Shown here piece after piece: positions 62,152 to 64,000 of a DNA stretch of 64,000 nucleotides (positions are counted from its first letter, which is position 1; each line of letters starts with the position of its first letter). A program made the position numbers and the translations under genes. The notes below the pieces were generated by a model that made no database searches, had not been told where the DNA came from, and saw only the letters and a list, made by a program, of their open reading frames with translations. This DNA comes from Bugula neritina (Eukaryota > Animalia > Bryozoa). Location: positions 1,054,001 to 1,118,000 of the forward strand of contig OZ037772.1 in assembly GCA_964035545.1 (NCBI GenBank). Direction: 5' to 3'.

Positions 62152-62388
62152 GGTCCTCGGGTCTGTGTCTGTACGGGAAGTGCCTGGTGATCTACGATAA
62201 TAATGGTGATCTCAAGGTCATGCCCAAACCACACAGGTGTTCTGTGTCAAATGGGGCGTCGGACTGCGCCGGCAACTCCGGCATACCAGGTTCCCAGTGT
62301 GTTACCATCAGTGGTGGAGAGGAAGGAGGTTGTTGGTGTACAGGGGGTACTCACTACTACAACCGAGCTTGTGTACCTGACATGACTA
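62152..62388 (+). pseudogene. Cys-rich (EB-module-like) exon, phase 1-1; 3' half duplicated at 61788-61890
   Basis: SSGLCLYGKCLV...HRCSVSNGASDCAGNSGIPGSQCVTISGGEEGGCWCTGGTHYYNRACVPDMT, bounded by CAG and GTAAGT. Confidence 0.65.
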
Positions 62389-62391
62389 GTA

Positions 62392-62870
62392 AGTGTGTAT
62401 CTACAGTGTGTATCTGCAGTGTGTATCTACAGTGTATATCTACAGTGTGTATCTAGTGTGTGTCTACAGTGTATGTCTACAGTGTATATCTACAGTATAT
62501 ATCTACACTGTATATCTACAATGTGTATCTGCAGTGTATATCTACAGTGTATATCTACAGTGTATATCTACAGTGTGTATCTACAGTGTATATCCATAGT
62601 GTGTATCTACAGTGTATATCTACAGTGTGTATATACAGTATATATCTACAGTGTATATCTACAGTGTGTATCTACAGTGCATATCTACAGGGTATATCTA
62701 CAGTGTATATCTATAGTATATATCTACAGTGTGTATCTACAGTGTATATCTACAGTGTGTATCTACAGTGTGTATCTACAGTGTGTATCTACAGTGTGTA
62801 TCTACAGTGTATATCTACAGTGTGTATCTATAGTGTGTATCTACAGTGTGTATCTACAGTGTATATCAGT
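62392..62870. repeat. 13-bp minisatellite (CTACAGTGTRTAT)
   Basis: About 36 units, starting within the donor GTAAGT at 62389. Confidence 0.95.
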
Positions 62871-62993
62871 GTGTCTCCTCTGAAATATTTGGAAGTATCG
62901 CTTGAGTTTCACGTTTTCTTGTATTACCGGGTAACTACTTGTATTATCGGTTGGCAATGCCTACTTGTATTATACTTTAATCTTGTTTTGCAG

Positions 62994-64000
62994 AGGACAG
63001 AAAGGGAGACTCGGTCCCAAAGGACATCCAGGATCTTACCGAACTTATGGAGAGGAAGGGTTCACCCGGTGTTGATGGCCTGCCTGGTATATCCGGCAAT
63101 CCCGGAGGTGCAGGAGAAAGGAGACCACCTGGTTTCCCAGGAGATACCGGACTTTTTGGACAACCAGGTAATGTTTATGCTCAATTGAGTTTAATCTGTC
63201 AAGTTATGTTTGGATATTTTTCATTTTCGTTATTTTCTATTTCATGTTTGTTACGTGGAAAGGGAGAAAACTCTGTCTCGGAGCATTTTTGTTTCTTCAG
63301 AAAACTTTGGATTATTTTATTCTGGTCTACACAGGGGTGTAGACAGAATAAAAACACAGGGGTGTAGACAGAACAAACTACACAGGGGTGTAGACAGACT
63401 AAACTACACAGGGCTGTAGACAGACTAGACTAACCAGTAGTGTAGATAAACTAAACCTACTACGAACGTATAACTACCCTGCGTCATGCTGACATGACAT
63501 CTCTATTCTCTCCTATAATTTGACTTTTATTTAGCGAGCAGATTTCAAGTGGGCTTTTCTATAGTGGCCAGCCACACTGTTTATTGTAGCAACATAGAAA
63601 TCAAGTTAAAAACTAGTTGCACGTGTTGTGATGCTATCAATGGGTGCTTACAGGTAGAGACGGAGCACTTGGACCACAGGGTTCATGAGGTGTTGAAGGA
63701 CAAGATGGCTCTGACGTTGCGCCTGGTGCCCTTGGAACTCAAGGAGAACCCGGGCCTGTTGGTAAATACTAAATGCTACTCTTTGTATAACACAGGCTGT
63801 ATTTGACATGAGTTTCCCATCTTAGCAACTCATCACTTCGCGTTTAACATTTCTACTCTCAGATACAATCTTGTTGTACAGGTAAACCTGGCGAAGATGG
63901 ATTCGACGGAGAACCCTGACCTAAAGGCGCTGCTGGAGCTGCTGGTGAACCTGGTCCAGCTGGACCTCCAGGTCCTACTGGATTCCCTGGTCCACGAGGA
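62994..64000 (+). pseudogene. Collagen Gly-X-Y exons, copy B (62994-63167, 63654-63761, 63882->64000)
   Basis: GSPGVDGLPGISGNPGGAGER; a 108-bp exon GRDGALGPQGS*GVE; GKPGEDGFDGEP*PKGAAGAAGEPGPAGPP. In-frame TGA at 63686 and 63917. Confidence 0.88.

Noticed and set aside
62393-63188. Cys/Tyr-rich ORFs (162 and 242 aa) and similar ORFs at 26.3-26.7, 36.7 and 61.3 kb
   Set aside because: They are products of 13-, 26-, 2- and 23-bp repeats.
63686-63919. In-frame TGA codons in collagen as readthrough or selenocysteine
   Set aside because: They are best explained as CGA>TGA and GGA>TGA mutations, alongside other lesions in the same copy.

Overview
AT-rich, intron-containing animal (probably invertebrate) DNA that is dominated by transposons and fragments of genes. 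Transposons seen: the 5' part of a BEL/Pao gag running off the left edge; a young, full-length Ty3/Gypsy LTR retrotransposon (5850-12811; 567-bp LTRs, CTAT target-site duplication (TSD), tRNA-Leu PBS, -1 frameshift site, internal deletion before the integrase core); a decayed PHD-ORF1 LINE carrying a nested solo LTR; several MITEs; degenerate Gypsy gag copies; and a DUF4806-like remnant. Host-gene pieces seen: valyl-tRNA synthetase exons 1-2; two related, damaged loci with Cys-rich exons upstream of fibrillar-collagen exons (14.6-21.3 kb and 60-64 kb), each preceded by the same ~1.6-kb duplicated block; a PACT-domain coiled-coil pseudogene; an intronless SPOP fragment fused to another gene's 3' end; a C2H2 exon stub fused to gag; and an unidentified multi-exon minus-strand gene. 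Many intronic minisatellites are present. The most notable small signal is a complete type I hammerhead ribozyme motif (36837-36879) between (TA)n tracts. The most notable large-scale signal is the mosaic of intron-retaining, phase-incompatible exons from many unrelated genes. All family calls come from reading motifs by eye; no database search was run.
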